DNA of 64,000 nucleotides from Candidatus Omnitrophota bacterium (GTDB lineage Bacteria; Omnitrophota; Gorgyraeia; Duberdicusellales; 4484-171): NCBI GenBank assembly GCA_016935525.1, contig JAFGQU010000012.1, positions 1,248 to 65,247 of the forward strand, read 5' to 3'. Shown piece by piece: positions 43,779 to 53,105 of this stretch (position 1 is its first letter; each line of letters starts with the position of its first letter). The notes under the pieces were generated by a model. It saw only the letters and a program-made list of their open reading frames with translations, ran no database searches and was not told where the DNA came from. The position numbers and the translations under genes were made by a program.

Positions 43779-46700
43779 TTAATAACCGAGCTCATCGAGT
43801 TTCGCTAAAATAGATCTGGCATCGGAAAAAGGTCCCGGCGGGACATAGGCGTTCGTATTATTTGCCCAATTCAGAAAAGATTCAACATTGATCCGTATTT
43901 CCTCTCTATGCCATTCGGTCAATCCGGAAAGATCGATTGTCTGATCGACATCATACATCGCTCTTTGGAAGTTATCGGTCGTATACCCGCCTTCTACGAT
44001 CCAGTCGACCGGTTCTTGATCGTCATATTTCCGGAAAAGCCCTAGACTGGTGATATCGTCACCGTCAGGTGGTCCGGATGTTATGTTTATCGGGTTGATT
44101 CCATTATCCGGCCAATTGTTCCAACCTTCTCCCATAAATATCATTGCCGGTTCTCCGTCGGGAGTATAGTCGACAAATATGAAGTGATCTAAAGGTAAAT
44201 TAGGTCCTTCCCAGCCGGGAGGCATGAACCCGTTATCGCCTCCTATTCTTACTCTGAACCGGCCGTTAGGCCCGGTGACATTAGGGAAGTAAAGACTGAA
44301 ATCGTCAATCATGCTTCCGTTTCCTTCGTCAAAAGCGAACCAGCAGTTTGCGCAAGTTACATTCATGTCAGGTGTGACTCCATGATAATCTAATATCTGT
44401 GCGTATTCTGCCGCATTGACATCAAATATCCCGTCAGTAGTCACAATCCGGACATATTCCGCCGAACCGGTAGTAGGTTTCCCGGTGATCATACTGAATA
44501 TACTTTTCCCCATGCTTTGTTGATTTATGCCATGCGCTACGATCCAGGGGTTCTGTACCTCAGGATGAGCTTCAAGAAAAGCGGGTAACATCTCAAGAGT
44601 AATTACAGGGTCACGTCCGACTGCGGCCATATGGGCTGCGGACAATACTACTTCTGGATCGGTGATGTCTGCGATGACGAATACTCTATCAACATACCGG
44701 CCTTCAAACGCATCTGCGTTTACGATCTTAGCTACTAAAGCTAAATCGACCTTATTATTTGATCCGCTTAATGTGGTAGCCGCATAGTCAACCCTATTAA
44801 AATGATTCATCGAGGGGATAAAGTCATCGGCAAATCTCGAAAGGTCGTCCATAGAGATAACTGGTTCTCCGTATCCATCAGGAAGGTCGAGAGGAATACC
44901 GTTTACGGAAAGGAACCACGCTTCCAGTCCCGGTCCCAGTTCGGCAAAAGCGATTTGCGTAAGATCTCCGGATTGAGCGCCTTGGTATGCTCCATAAAGA
45001 TCGGCAATGGTCAGGGCTCCTAAGATCGCCCGGCGTGATATCGGGTTCTGCATGGCAGCTTGTACAGCGCTTATTTCAAAGAAACCGGTCGTTGCCACGT
45101 TGATCGATGAAGCGATATAGGTTGAACACCATAACGGCAGTTCGCCTAAAGTGATTTCGCCGGCAAGTACCGGCGATAATATCTCGCCGCCTACGGCAAC
45201 ACCGGCTTCTATCGCTCCTTTTATGACTACTCCGGTAACGGCTGCGCCTCCGATTGCGTTGATAGTCCCGAAAAACATATCCATCGGATCACTGCCGGGA
45301 CGACTGGCCAGATCTGCCAGATGTACTACCGCACCATGATCGAAAATCCCGCCGTGGAGAAAATCCAGGCCTATCTCGTCGGCTAAATACCCAATACCGC
45401 CGGGAATGAAACTGACTATCCCGTCGAGAAAAGCTATTGCTCTTTCTGTCGTGGTCCCGTCACCGAACCCGCCCATAGCGAATTGGAAACATCCTTTGAT
45501 ATGTTCAGGATAAGGTAACGCACCGCTGGCAAGATGTTCATATTGAGGATCGTCACGATATTCGTCCGGTATGGCATTGATGATATCGTCCATCATATTA
45601 AGAGAGTTCATGACCGCTCCAGGATCGAGCGTAAGCATGATCGCAAGGTCTATATCGCTGCTGTTTTGGTTGATATAGTTAGACATCTCTTCGAAAAGCT
45701 GGTCGTCGAGCACGTCGGAGGAGACCTGCGCGGCGATTGCAGGGAATACTTCGTTGGCCATATATGTATTCACCGTTTCGGCGTCGAACCATTCGCTGAC
45801 GGTGATATTATCAATGTTGATATCTGGGTTTATTGCTAATGTGCCGATATGTTGAGTCCCGTCTTCGGCCGTTACTACCCCGACCATTGCTTCTCCGGGA
45901 CGAATAAATAGTGAAGAGAAATTATCGGCATTGACGGTTTGGGTCTGTATCGTGTCGTTTTGTCCCATGGTAGTTATCTGGACGTCTTCGTTTCCCCCGG
46001 TGAATGAATAATCGAACGTGCCGACACCGGCAACAAATTCGTCAGGAAGATAATCGTTGACAAATACGTCGTCAGCATTTTTCATGATACCGGCTATCGT
46101 ATTGCCGTGCACGTTATCAGTAAGGATTAAGGCTACTCCCGATTCGGGATCGTAAGCGGATACGGTCGATGTCTCATCGATGATACCGTTGGCAAATCCT
46201 TCTAACGGATCGTAGATTGTTCCGGGATGGGCGGTAAGACCGGGACCGGTTTCTTCAAGGTCTACATCGATTATCCCGTCTTCTACCGCGGTAGTCATGC
46301 CCATGACGATATTCGCGCTGATTGTGCCGTCGTTGATTCCTGTCTCGACGTCTGACCAGGAAATCTCAATAAGACCGGTATGAGTTGTTCCGTCATAAGG
46401 GTCGACATATTCTCCCCATGCGACCGGTTCGGATCCGTTCAGGTCGATGGTAAAAAAGTTCACTTCTGTTGGGTTTTGTTCCGGTTCCCACTCTTCACCC
46501 ATTGAACCGGCAAGCCAGGCATCGTCCATATTACTGTCGACACCGGCTTCATCTAATCCCCAGAGTTGCCACCAATCCGCCGCACCTTCATAGAATATCT
46601 CAATATCCGGTTCTTGATCGAATACGTAAGGTTGACTGGGGAAATCCGATGCCGGTACATCCATATCTAGATCGGGGCTACTCTGGATGAAATGGAGTTC

Positions 46701-47762
46701 CATTTCTGCGGTAACAGGATTATATCTGCCTACAGGGATAGCGGGACTGTTCTGATCGTGCGGAAATACCGTTACGAGTTCGCCGGCATTCAATGCATCT
46801 TCATCGTCATTCATGGTCTGTGATTCAGGGTTATAAGAATAACTGGTGGTATCGTTGTCTATTGTGGTAAAAGCGTCTATGGGTAGAGGGTATGCTTCCA
46901 TTACAGAATTATCGATCTCGAATCCGTAATCGGGAAAAAACTGGTCGAGTTCATCGACTTGTGTTTGCCATTCGGGAACGGCTGCGATTGCGTCATTAAT
47001 CGGTACTAATACACTTTCGCCGTCTTCGGTCTGACCCATGACGAATTGTTCTTGTGATTCGCTATCGGTTACGACCATAGGAGTAAATGTTACTTCGGCT
47101 GTTCTTGGAGCGCCGAATCCTGTACCACCGTAGATCTGATCAATTTGGCCGTTATCTAAAGTGTAGAGAGAAGAAGAATCTATAGTGACCGATTGTGTTT
47201 CCTGATTTGTTGTCGGGTCAGTCAAAAAGTCTATTATTTCCTGATCGTAACTTTCATCAACACAGTATTCAGAAGAAATTGTCTGAGGGCCGAAAGGAGA
47301 ATCAGTTCCGTTGTCGTTTAAAAAGATGGTAGTAATACCAGTAATATTCACCATGTCGGGAGTAAGAGTAAATGAGGGAGCAGTATTAGTTATTTGAGGT
47401 AATACAATCTCAATCATATAAGAAGTTTCTACCTGTCCTACAAAAGGCGGTGCTGCAGGAGGAAGATCTTGAGGATCGTCTGAGGGGGAAGGTTGAGATG
47501 CCGGCTGTAAATTAACTTCACCGGTTTGAGCTTGTTCCTGGGGACTGAACGTATAGGGGGTGTCGTACCAATAATAAGTGATTTCTTCCGGGAATACTTC
47601 TTCAGGGGTCGGAGGAGGAAGCGTCCAATCATCGGCGCTGCCGGCGTCTCCGGGCATCGTCGTATCCGGGTCCTCCCACGGTATATAAGAATATGCTGCC
47701 ATCGGGGAAAGAATGAGCCCGATAATGATCAAAATCGATACTATGGAAGACTTGTATTTCAT
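43779..47762 (-). CDS. Very large acidic secreted protein (1327 aa from MKYKSS; D/E/T/G-rich, no Cys in the first ~1100 aa)
   Basis: Signal peptide MKYKSSIVSILIIIGLILSPMAAYS; low-complexity acidic N-terminal ~120 aa (PPPTPEE, SQPSPSDDPQDLPPAAPP); the only Cys pair is near the C-terminus (NVTCANCWF) after WIVAHG. Confidence 0.55.
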   Translation of the reverse strand: MKYKSSIVSILIIIGLILSPMAAYSYIPWEDPDTTMPGDAGSADDWTLPPPTPEEVFPEEITYYWYDTPYTFSPQEQAQTGEVNLQPASQPSPSDDPQDLPPAAPPFVGQVETSYMIEIVLPQITNTAPSFTLTPDMVNITGITTIFLNDNGTDSPFGPQTISSEYCVDESYDQEIIDFLTDPTTNQETQSVTIDSSSLYTLDNGQIDQIYGGTGFGAPRTAEVTFTPMVVTDSESQEQFVMGQTEDGESVLVPINDAIAAVPEWQTQVDELDQFFPDYGFEIDNSVMEAYPLPIDAFTTIDNDTTSYSYNPESQTMNDDEDALNAGELVTVFPHDQNSPAIPVGRYNPVTAEMELHFIQSSPDLDMDVPASDFPSQPYVFDQEPDIEIFYEGAADWWQLWGLDEAGVDSNMDDAWLAGSMGEEWEPEQNPTEVNFFTIDLNGSEPVAWGEYVDPYDGTTHTGLIEISWSDVETGINDGTISANIVMGMTTAVEDGIIDVDLEETGPGLTAHPGTIYDPLEGFANGIIDETSTVSAYDPESGVALILTDNVHGNTIAGIMKNADDVFVNDYLPDEFVAGVGTFDYSFTGGNEDVQITTMGQNDTIQTQTVNADNFSSLFIRPGEAMVGVVTAEDGTQHIGTLAINPDINIDNITVSEWFDAETVNTYMANEVFPAIAAQVSSDVLDDQLFEEMSNYINQNSSDIDLAIMLTLDPGAVMNSLNMMDDIINAIPDEYRDDPQYEHLASGALPYPEHIKGCFQFAMGGFGDGTTTERAIAFLDGIVSFIPGGIGYLADEIGLDFLHGGIFDHGAVVHLADLASRPGSDPMDMFFGTINAIGGAAVTGVVIKGAIEAGVAVGGEILSPVLAGEITLGELPLWCSTYIASSINVATTGFFEISAVQAAMQNPISRRAILGALTIADLYGAYQGAQSGDLTQIAFAELGPGLEAWFLSVNGIPLDLPDGYGEPVISMDDLSRFADDFIPSMNHFNRVDYAATTLSGSNNKVDLALVAKIVNADAFEGRYVDRVFVIADITDPEVVLSAAHMAAVGRDPVITLEMLPAFLEAHPEVQNPWIVAHGINQQSMGKSIFSMITGKPTTGSAEYVRIVTTDGIFDVNAAEYAQILDYHGVTPDMNVTCANCWFAFDEGNGSMIDDFSLYFPNVTGPNGRFRVRIGGDNGFMPPGWEGPNLPLDHFIFVDYTPDGEPAMIFMGEGWNNWPDNGINPINITSGPPDGDDITSLGLFRKYDDQEPVDWIVEGGYTTDNFQRAMYDVDQTIDLSGLTEWHREEIRINVESFLNWANNTNAYVPPGPFSDARSILAKLDELGY

Positions 47763-48074
47763 AGTATCCTCCTTTCTTGTATTTGTCTTTTTTGGGTAGA
47801 CGACTCCCGTCAATAGATAGAACTTTTTTTATCTACTTGACTGTTTTGCCAGATTGTCGGTCCATTGTTCCGTAGCTTTGAAAATCCCGTGACTGGTAAC
47901 CTTTCATATATACCACATAGGGCCTTTAAATTTCAAGGGAAAACAGCAAGGTATTGTTTTTAGAATAGAGGTGAGTAAAAACGAAGGCTAATGTTACAAA
48001 TGAGGACAGACCTTTTTTGTAACATTAGGGGAGGGGCTTCTAACAAACCCGCATTGTTAATCGGTTATAAATTT

Positions 48075-48300
48075 ACGTCACAAAGTGTCACATAGCCACA
48101 CATCTGCCTGCGGCAAGTCACATAGTCACCCCGTGAGCTTCGCAACGGGGCAAGCACGACACACGTTGCCCTTCGCGCTCGCGCAGATGGGCACAGATTG
48201 AGAAGACCACAGATGATCGCAGACATCCTCGTATCCCCGGCACCCTATCATTGTTCGACACACGTCGAAAAATTCCAATATAAAACCTTATCCACCTCGT
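48075..48300. repeat. Composite repeat: GTCACA words + conserved 80-bp module (copy 2) + CCACCTCGTAGGTGG hairpin
   Basis: 48160-48237 is ~90% identical to 32932-33015; cacgtcgaaaaattccaatata at 48261-48282 is identical to 32570-32591. Confidence 0.75.
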
Positions 48301-48432
48301 AGGTGGAATACGAGTCATAACGCTTGTCTTGACGGAATCCCCAGTTCACGATAAACTTTATCAATCGTCGTTAATCATTAGTCGATAGTATTTACATACA
48401 ATTAGAATACTATACGCTAAACGCTATTTATT

Positions 48433-48519
48433 GGAGAGGTGGCAGAGCCTGGTTGATCGCGGCGGTCTTGAAAACCGTTGTGGGGAAACCCACCGGGGGT
48501 TCGAATCCCTCCCTCTCCG
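48433..48519 (+). tRNA. tRNA-Ser (anticodon TGA)
   Basis: GGAGAGGTGGCAGAGCCTGGTTGATCGCGGCGGTCTTGAAAACCGTTGTGGGGAAACCCACCGGGGGTTCGAATCCCTCCCTCTCCG; no encoded CCA. Confidence 0.85.
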
Positions 48520-48530
48520 TTGAAAAAATG

Positions 48531-48562
48531 CCCGTCCTTGAAAGAGGACGGGTTTTTGTTTT
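48531..48562 (+). terminator. Rho-independent terminator after tRNA-Ser (cccgtccttgaaagaggacggg + T-run)
   Basis: 7-bp GC-rich stem, 7-nt loop, followed by tttttgttttt. Confidence 0.75.
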
Positions 48563-48605
48563 TAATGGGAGGTGATTTAAACTTCCTTGGAACGAAGTGA
48601 GCCGT

Positions 48606-48680
48606 GAATCCCGTTTCTTCCTCCCTCTCCGTTGGAAACAAGAAACCCGTTCCAAAAGGAGCGGGTTTCTTGTTCTCAAG
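48606..48680 (+). repeat. Duplicated tRNA-Ser 3'-end + terminator module (cctccctctccgttgg then gaaacccgt..gcgggtttc hairpin + T-run)
   Basis: tccctccctctccgttg (48506-48522) recurs as tcctccctctccgttgg (48619-48635), again followed by a hairpin + T-tract. Confidence 0.6.
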
Positions 48681-48862
48681 AGGGAGAGGATTTTAACTTC
48701 ATTTAATATTATGATAAAAGATGTCTTATTCTGAAATTTTTAAAAAACAACTTTTGTGTAATGAGCCGATCCTTCCGGTCCAGTGATAAAAGCCTCATTT
48801 GAAAAACATCCAAACTATGCTAAAATCAATTATATTAATATACATATAGCATAAAGAAAAAA

Positions 48863-50422
48863 ATGGACACTCCCGACCCACTAAATCAGCGTAAAGAGGA
48901 TTTTTTACGCATCGTTTCCCACCAGTTGCGTACCCCGCTCACTTCTTTGCGGGAGGGGGTTTCCCAGATATTAGAAGGTATTCATGGGGATGTGAACGAG
49001 ACCCAACGTCAGTTTCTTACCCTTTGTATGCAGGATGTCGACCGGTTGACTACGGTTGTGGAAAACCTCCTGGATATTTCAACGATTGTCCGCGGCCAAC
49101 TCATGCTGAAGAGGGAGAAAACAGATATACACGCGATCATTCAAAACGTTATTTCCGGATTCCGTGAACAGGCAAAAGCCAAAGGGATCGCCATTCATTG
49201 TCGGGGAGTGGATACCCCGCTCTATGCCTATGCTGATCGGGAACGGATTATCCAGGTATTCAATAAACTTACCGAAAACGCCGTCGAATTTACCCGTCAA
49301 GGCGAAATATCTATTATGGTAACAGAGAAGCCTTATGTGATTGAATGTGTGGTACGTGATACCGGAGAAGGTATTCCCAGGGAATACCAAGAAAAAGTTT
49401 TTGAGACATTCGAGCAGATGGTATTGCATCCTCTGCCGCGTAAAAAGAATGTGGGATTGGGGCTTGCGGTTGCCAAAGGGATCATTGAAGCCCATGACGG
49501 GGATATCTGGATCGATAGTGCTCTTGGTGAAGGGACTGCGGTCACATTCCTGTTACCGAAGTATGATGTATCGGTCATATTAGAAAAATGTGTCAGTGAC
49601 GAGCTTGATATGGGGTTTAAAACTGCGCTCATACTTTTTTCATTCACCCCTGTTGGGGATAACCTGCCGGATACTCCGGTCCTTTCTTCGATCGTCGACC
49701 GGTTAAGGAATTGTATCCGTCAGACGTCAGATACGATCGTGCGCGGTACGGATTCGGTCTTTACAGTGTTACATTCGGTCGAAAAAGAGACCGCAGGGGT
49801 GATCGCCGCGCGTCTTAAAACCGAGATCGAATCGATATTGTCGAAATCAGGTGTATCCGATAGAATGAGTTTTACTATCCGGGAGTTCCATTTCCCTCAG
49901 GACGGCAAGACGTTCGGGGAGTTGCCCGGTGTGTTTATAACCCATATCGATAAAAAAGAGACCATTGATGAAGGAGGCGTAAAGATGGAAAACGATAAAA
50001 AAAAGATATTAGTAGTCGACGATGAAGAAAACGTTTCGATCATGACTACTTCACGTTTGAGATCGAGCGGATTCGATGTGGTAAGCGCGCCGAACGGACA
50101 CGAGGGGTTACGTATGGCGCAACGGGAGAATCCCGACCTGATCCTGCTTGACGTGGTGATGCCGGACATGGACGGATACAAAGTGCTCGCGAAATTAAAA
50201 GACAGTTTCCGTACAAAACAGATACCGGTGATCATGTTCACTGCGGAGAACCGTATCGGCGATGTGACGAATGCTATTGAGATGGGCGCCGAAGACTATA
50301 TTATCAAACCGTTTACGACCGAAGTATTGATGGAAAAGATCCAGCGGGTATTACATAAAGTAGAGATGAGAAAACAAAAAGAGCGGGAAGACCGGGAAAA
50401 ACGACAACAGGAAGGCCGATAG
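48863..50422 (+). CDS. Hybrid sensor histidine kinase / response regulator (HisKA + HATPase_c + unknown middle domain + C-terminal REC), cytoplasmic, no sensor domain
   Basis: H-box FLRIVSHQLRTPLTSL at residue ~20; HATPase N/G boxes (VRDTGEGIP, GLGLAVAKGI); REC signature KKILVVDDEENV...LILLDVVMPDMDG...K. Confidence 0.75.
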   Translation: MDTPDPLNQRKEDFLRIVSHQLRTPLTSLREGVSQILEGIHGDVNETQRQFLTLCMQDVDRLTTVVENLLDISTIVRGQLMLKREKTDIHAIIQNVISGFREQAKAKGIAIHCRGVDTPLYAYADRERIIQVFNKLTENAVEFTRQGEISIMVTEKPYVIECVVRDTGEGIPREYQEKVFETFEQMVLHPLPRKKNVGLGLAVAKGIIEAHDGDIWIDSALGEGTAVTFLLPKYDVSVILEKCVSDELDMGFKTALILFSFTPVGDNLPDTPVLSSIVDRLRNCIRQTSDTIVRGTDSVFTVLHSVEKETAGVIAARLKTEIESILSKSGVSDRMSFTIREFHFPQDGKTFGELPGVFITHIDKKETIDEGGVKMENDKKKILVVDDEENVSIMTTSRLRSSGFDVVSAPNGHEGLRMAQRENPDLILLDVVMPDMDGYKVLAKLKDSFRTKQIPVIMFTAENRIGDVTNAIEMGAEDYIIKPFTTEVLMEKIQRVLHKVEMRKQKEREDREKRQQEGR

Positions 50423-50476
50423 TATTTTGAAGTGCCTTGCGTTATCAGGAAATATACCGCTACACGGAGAACCGTT

Positions 50477-51442
50477 ATGATATCGTTACATCTGCGGATG
50501 ATGGTAATGTTGACCATATTGTTTGCGATCGTCTATGCGATCGTCGTTATGGTCGGGGCGGCCGCAGGGGTTACTGAATTCAGTTTTTATTTTATCTTCG
50601 CGGTAGGGTTGATGGCCATCCAATACCTGATCGGCCCTAAAATGGTCGAATGGTCGATGCGGGTAAAATATGTCGGCCGGAACGAACAGCCGAAACTGTA
50701 TGAAATGGTCGAAGATCTGAGCGCCCGGGCCGGTATCCCTATGCCTAAGATAGGGATCTCTCAGATAAATATCCCTAACGCGTTCGCTTTTGGCCGTAGC
50801 ATTAAAGACGGACGGGTATGTGTCACTGAAAGGATCGTCCAGCTCTTGGATGATAATGAATTGAAAGCGGTCTTAGGGCACGAATTGAGCCATATTAAAA
50901 ACCGAGATATGCTTACCATCACGTTATTATCGATCATACCGATAATCATGTACCGGCTTGCCTGGCATTTCCTCTTTTTCGGCCGTCGGCGCAGCCGGGA
51001 CAATCAGAATACGGTATTGATCGGCGTGGCCGCGTTACTGTTCTATTTTATTACTAATCTGCTCGTCCTTTATGCCTCGCGTATCCGGGAATATTTCGCT
51101 GACCGCGGATCGATCGCGTTAGGTAACCGTCCGGAATTTCTTGCTTCGGCATTATATAAACTCGTGTACGGTTCGGCACGTATAGATAAACAATCGATAA
51201 AAGAGTCGGAAGGATTTAAGGCGTTTTTTTTAAACGATCCGTCACGGGCATTGAAAGAGATAAAAGAATTAAGTCAAATAGATATAGATAAAAGCGGCAC
51301 GATCGATTCAACCGAACTTGCGGCACTACGTACCCGGTCCATCCAGCTTGCGTTTGGCGATCGGATGATGGAAACGTTAAGTACTCATCCCAATATGCTC
51401 AAAAGGATACAACAGCTTTCGCAATACCGGATTGCGGGCTGA
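50477..51442 (+). CDS. htpX: Zinc metalloprotease HtpX (M48B)
   Basis: HELSHIKNRD HExxH motif between TM helices, four TM topology; long ORF starts at 50432. Confidence 0.8.
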   Translation: MISLHLRMMVMLTILFAIVYAIVVMVGAAAGVTEFSFYFIFAVGLMAIQYLIGPKMVEWSMRVKYVGRNEQPKLYEMVEDLSARAGIPMPKIGISQINIPNAFAFGRSIKDGRVCVTERIVQLLDDNELKAVLGHELSHIKNRDMLTITLLSIIPIIMYRLAWHFLFFGRRRSRDNQNTVLIGVAALLFYFITNLLVLYASRIREYFADRGSIALGNRPEFLASALYKLVYGSARIDKQSIKESEGFKAFFLNDPSRALKEIKELSQIDIDKSGTIDSTELAALRTRSIQLAFGDRMMETLSTHPNMLKRIQQLSQYRIAG

Positions 51443-51533
51443 TAAGGATAATAGTTATTTGTTTTTTAGGCATGTCGGCGGTTATGAGTGTGCATACACC
51501 GCATATACTCTGGAAAGAAAGGGGGGAGGAAGA

Positions 51534-52247
51534 ATGAACCTGCATAAAGTGAAGACCGATGTAGAGGTGCCGCCGATTGATCGGATGGTGCCGCAGCATC
51601 TGGAGGTGGCGACGTTTGCGTTGGGCTGTTTCTGGTCACCGGAGGCGATGTTTGGAAGTATTGAGGGGGTGGTCCGTACCCGGGTAGGATATTCCGGCGG
51701 GGTGATCACTGACCCGACGTATCATAATCTAGGGAACCATAGCGAGACTTTACAGATCGAATATGACCCGGAGAAGATCACGTTTAAACAGTTACTCGCT
51801 ATTTTCTGGAAACATCACGATCCGGCAAAAGAACCGTGGAGTCAGCAGTATAAACCGATTATTTTCTTTCATAACGAATTACAGCAGGAATTAGCCGGGG
51901 CGAGTAAACAGGCGAAAGAAAGACAATTGAATACGACCGTATATACCGAAATCCTTCCTTTCAAGAAATTTTATTTAGCCGAAGACTATCATCAGAAATA
52001 CCGTCTGCGTCATGAACCGGATCTCATGCGGGGGTTTACTCTTATCTATCCCGATATGAAGGATTTTGTGAATTCTACGGCCGCCTCACGGATCAATGGT
52101 TATCTTTCCGGATACGGTACGCTCGCGGAGTTAGAAGCGGAAATCAGCCAGTTCGGCCTTTCTGACGAACATAAGAAAAGATTGCTTTCTATTGTGAAGG
52201 ATTTGGAAACACAGGGCCAGACCAGAAAAAAATATTGTCCGTTCTGA
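51534..52247 (+). CDS. msrA: Peptide-methionine (S)-S-oxide reductase MsrA with ~90-aa C-terminal extension
   Basis: ATFALGCFWSPEAMF active-site motif; start at ATG 51534 with RBS; the long ORF from 51432 is probably over-extended. Confidence 0.8.
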   Translation: MNLHKVKTDVEVPPIDRMVPQHLEVATFALGCFWSPEAMFGSIEGVVRTRVGYSGGVITDPTYHNLGNHSETLQIEYDPEKITFKQLLAIFWKHHDPAKEPWSQQYKPIIFFHNELQQELAGASKQAKERQLNTTVYTEILPFKKFYLAEDYHQKYRLRHEPDLMRGFTLIYPDMKDFVNSTAASRINGYLSGYGTLAELEAEISQFGLSDEHKKRLLSIVKDLETQGQTRKKYCPF

Positions 52248-52280
52248 CGACGGAACCCGTGAATTTTAGAAGATACAGCC

Positions 52281-52985
52281 ATGAGATCAGGAAAATATCT
52301 AAGGCGGTTCCTTATCGGGGCCGTGGTATCAATACATATTTTTTCGGCATGGGGACAAACCGAAATCGCCGGGTTTGATGCGGATTGGATAAATCCCGCT
52401 GTGGATCTATACCGGTACGACGAACTTTTTATTAATATTGTCGATCTGCGCGATATCAACGTAAACGTCATCGATGAAAACGGTACGACGGTAGCCGAAG
52501 ATATCGACGAGGATACCGTCGAGCAGATGGGTTACCTGGTGTTTTCCCGGTTTGCCGACGGATTAGACCAAATCATTCCTGTGAACCGCGATGATGTCGA
52601 TACGAAACTATCGACCACAAAACCGTCGTTGGTGGTTAATCTCAAGATTTCCAGTGATTTTTCCGTAGAAAGACAACAGGCGTTAACGCGGATGCTTTCA
52701 GAGTTTTCCGGGGAGACCGCTCAAAATCCCCCCGGTACGCTTTTATTCGAATGCCGGATTTTTGACCTTGAAACCGGCGAGGAGATCGCCAGCCTCACCG
52801 AGAGGCAAGGATTTACCTGTGATGACCCCAGTTATCCGTTTTCTTCTCCTGACGACATCCGCCGGTTTGGGGAACTGGTGAATACCTGGGCCAAGGAAAC
52901 CTCAGCCATTCTCGCTGCCCAAAAAGAGAAACAAGAGCATTCGGCGGGTTATGAGTCGTTGCTCGATGATTTTTCTTCGAAATAA
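52281..52985 (+). CDS. Secreted hypothetical protein
   Basis: Signal peptide LIGAVVSIHIFSAWGQ; acidic; no recognisable domain. Confidence 0.4.
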   Translation: MRSGKYLRRFLIGAVVSIHIFSAWGQTEIAGFDADWINPAVDLYRYDELFINIVDLRDINVNVIDENGTTVAEDIDEDTVEQMGYLVFSRFADGLDQIIPVNRDDVDTKLSTTKPSLVVNLKISSDFSVERQQALTRMLSEFSGETAQNPPGTLLFECRIFDLETGEEIASLTERQGFTCDDPSYPFSSPDDIRRFGELVNTWAKETSAILAAQKEKQEHSAGYESLLDDFSSK

Positions 52986-53037
52986 ACCTTTAGAGCGTAC
53001 ATTTTTATTGTAGTTTCTCCTTTGATTAAATTTTTTC

Positions 53038-53092
53038 TTGCAAAAAACAAAAGGAAGAGTATAATCCCTACTAATACTATCAGGTTAGTAGT
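53038..53092 (+). promoter_or_regulatory. Sigma-70-type promoter (TTGCAA-16-TATAAT) with overlapping palindrome CTACTAA-N10-TTAGTAG (candidate Rrf2 operator)
   Basis: cttgcaaaaaacaaaaggaagagtataatccctactaatactatcaggttagtag read directly, immediately upstream of the Rrf2 gene. Confidence 0.5.
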
Positions 53093-53105
53093 AAAAGGAG
53101 TAATT

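Noticed and set aside
44802-47816. Small + strand ORFs opposite the giant acidic protein gene (44802-45023, 45151-45339, 45534-45839, 46469-46690, 47526-47816)
   Set aside because: They lie antisense to a continuous 4-kb ORF with signal peptide and consistent composition, and have no RBS or domain signal.
51432-51533. N-terminal 34-aa extension of MsrA from the long ORF start
   Set aside because: The extension overlaps the htpX 3' end, has no RBS, and is unrelated to MsrA. ATG 51534 has a strong RBS (aaaggggggaggaag) and begins a typical MsrA N-terminus.
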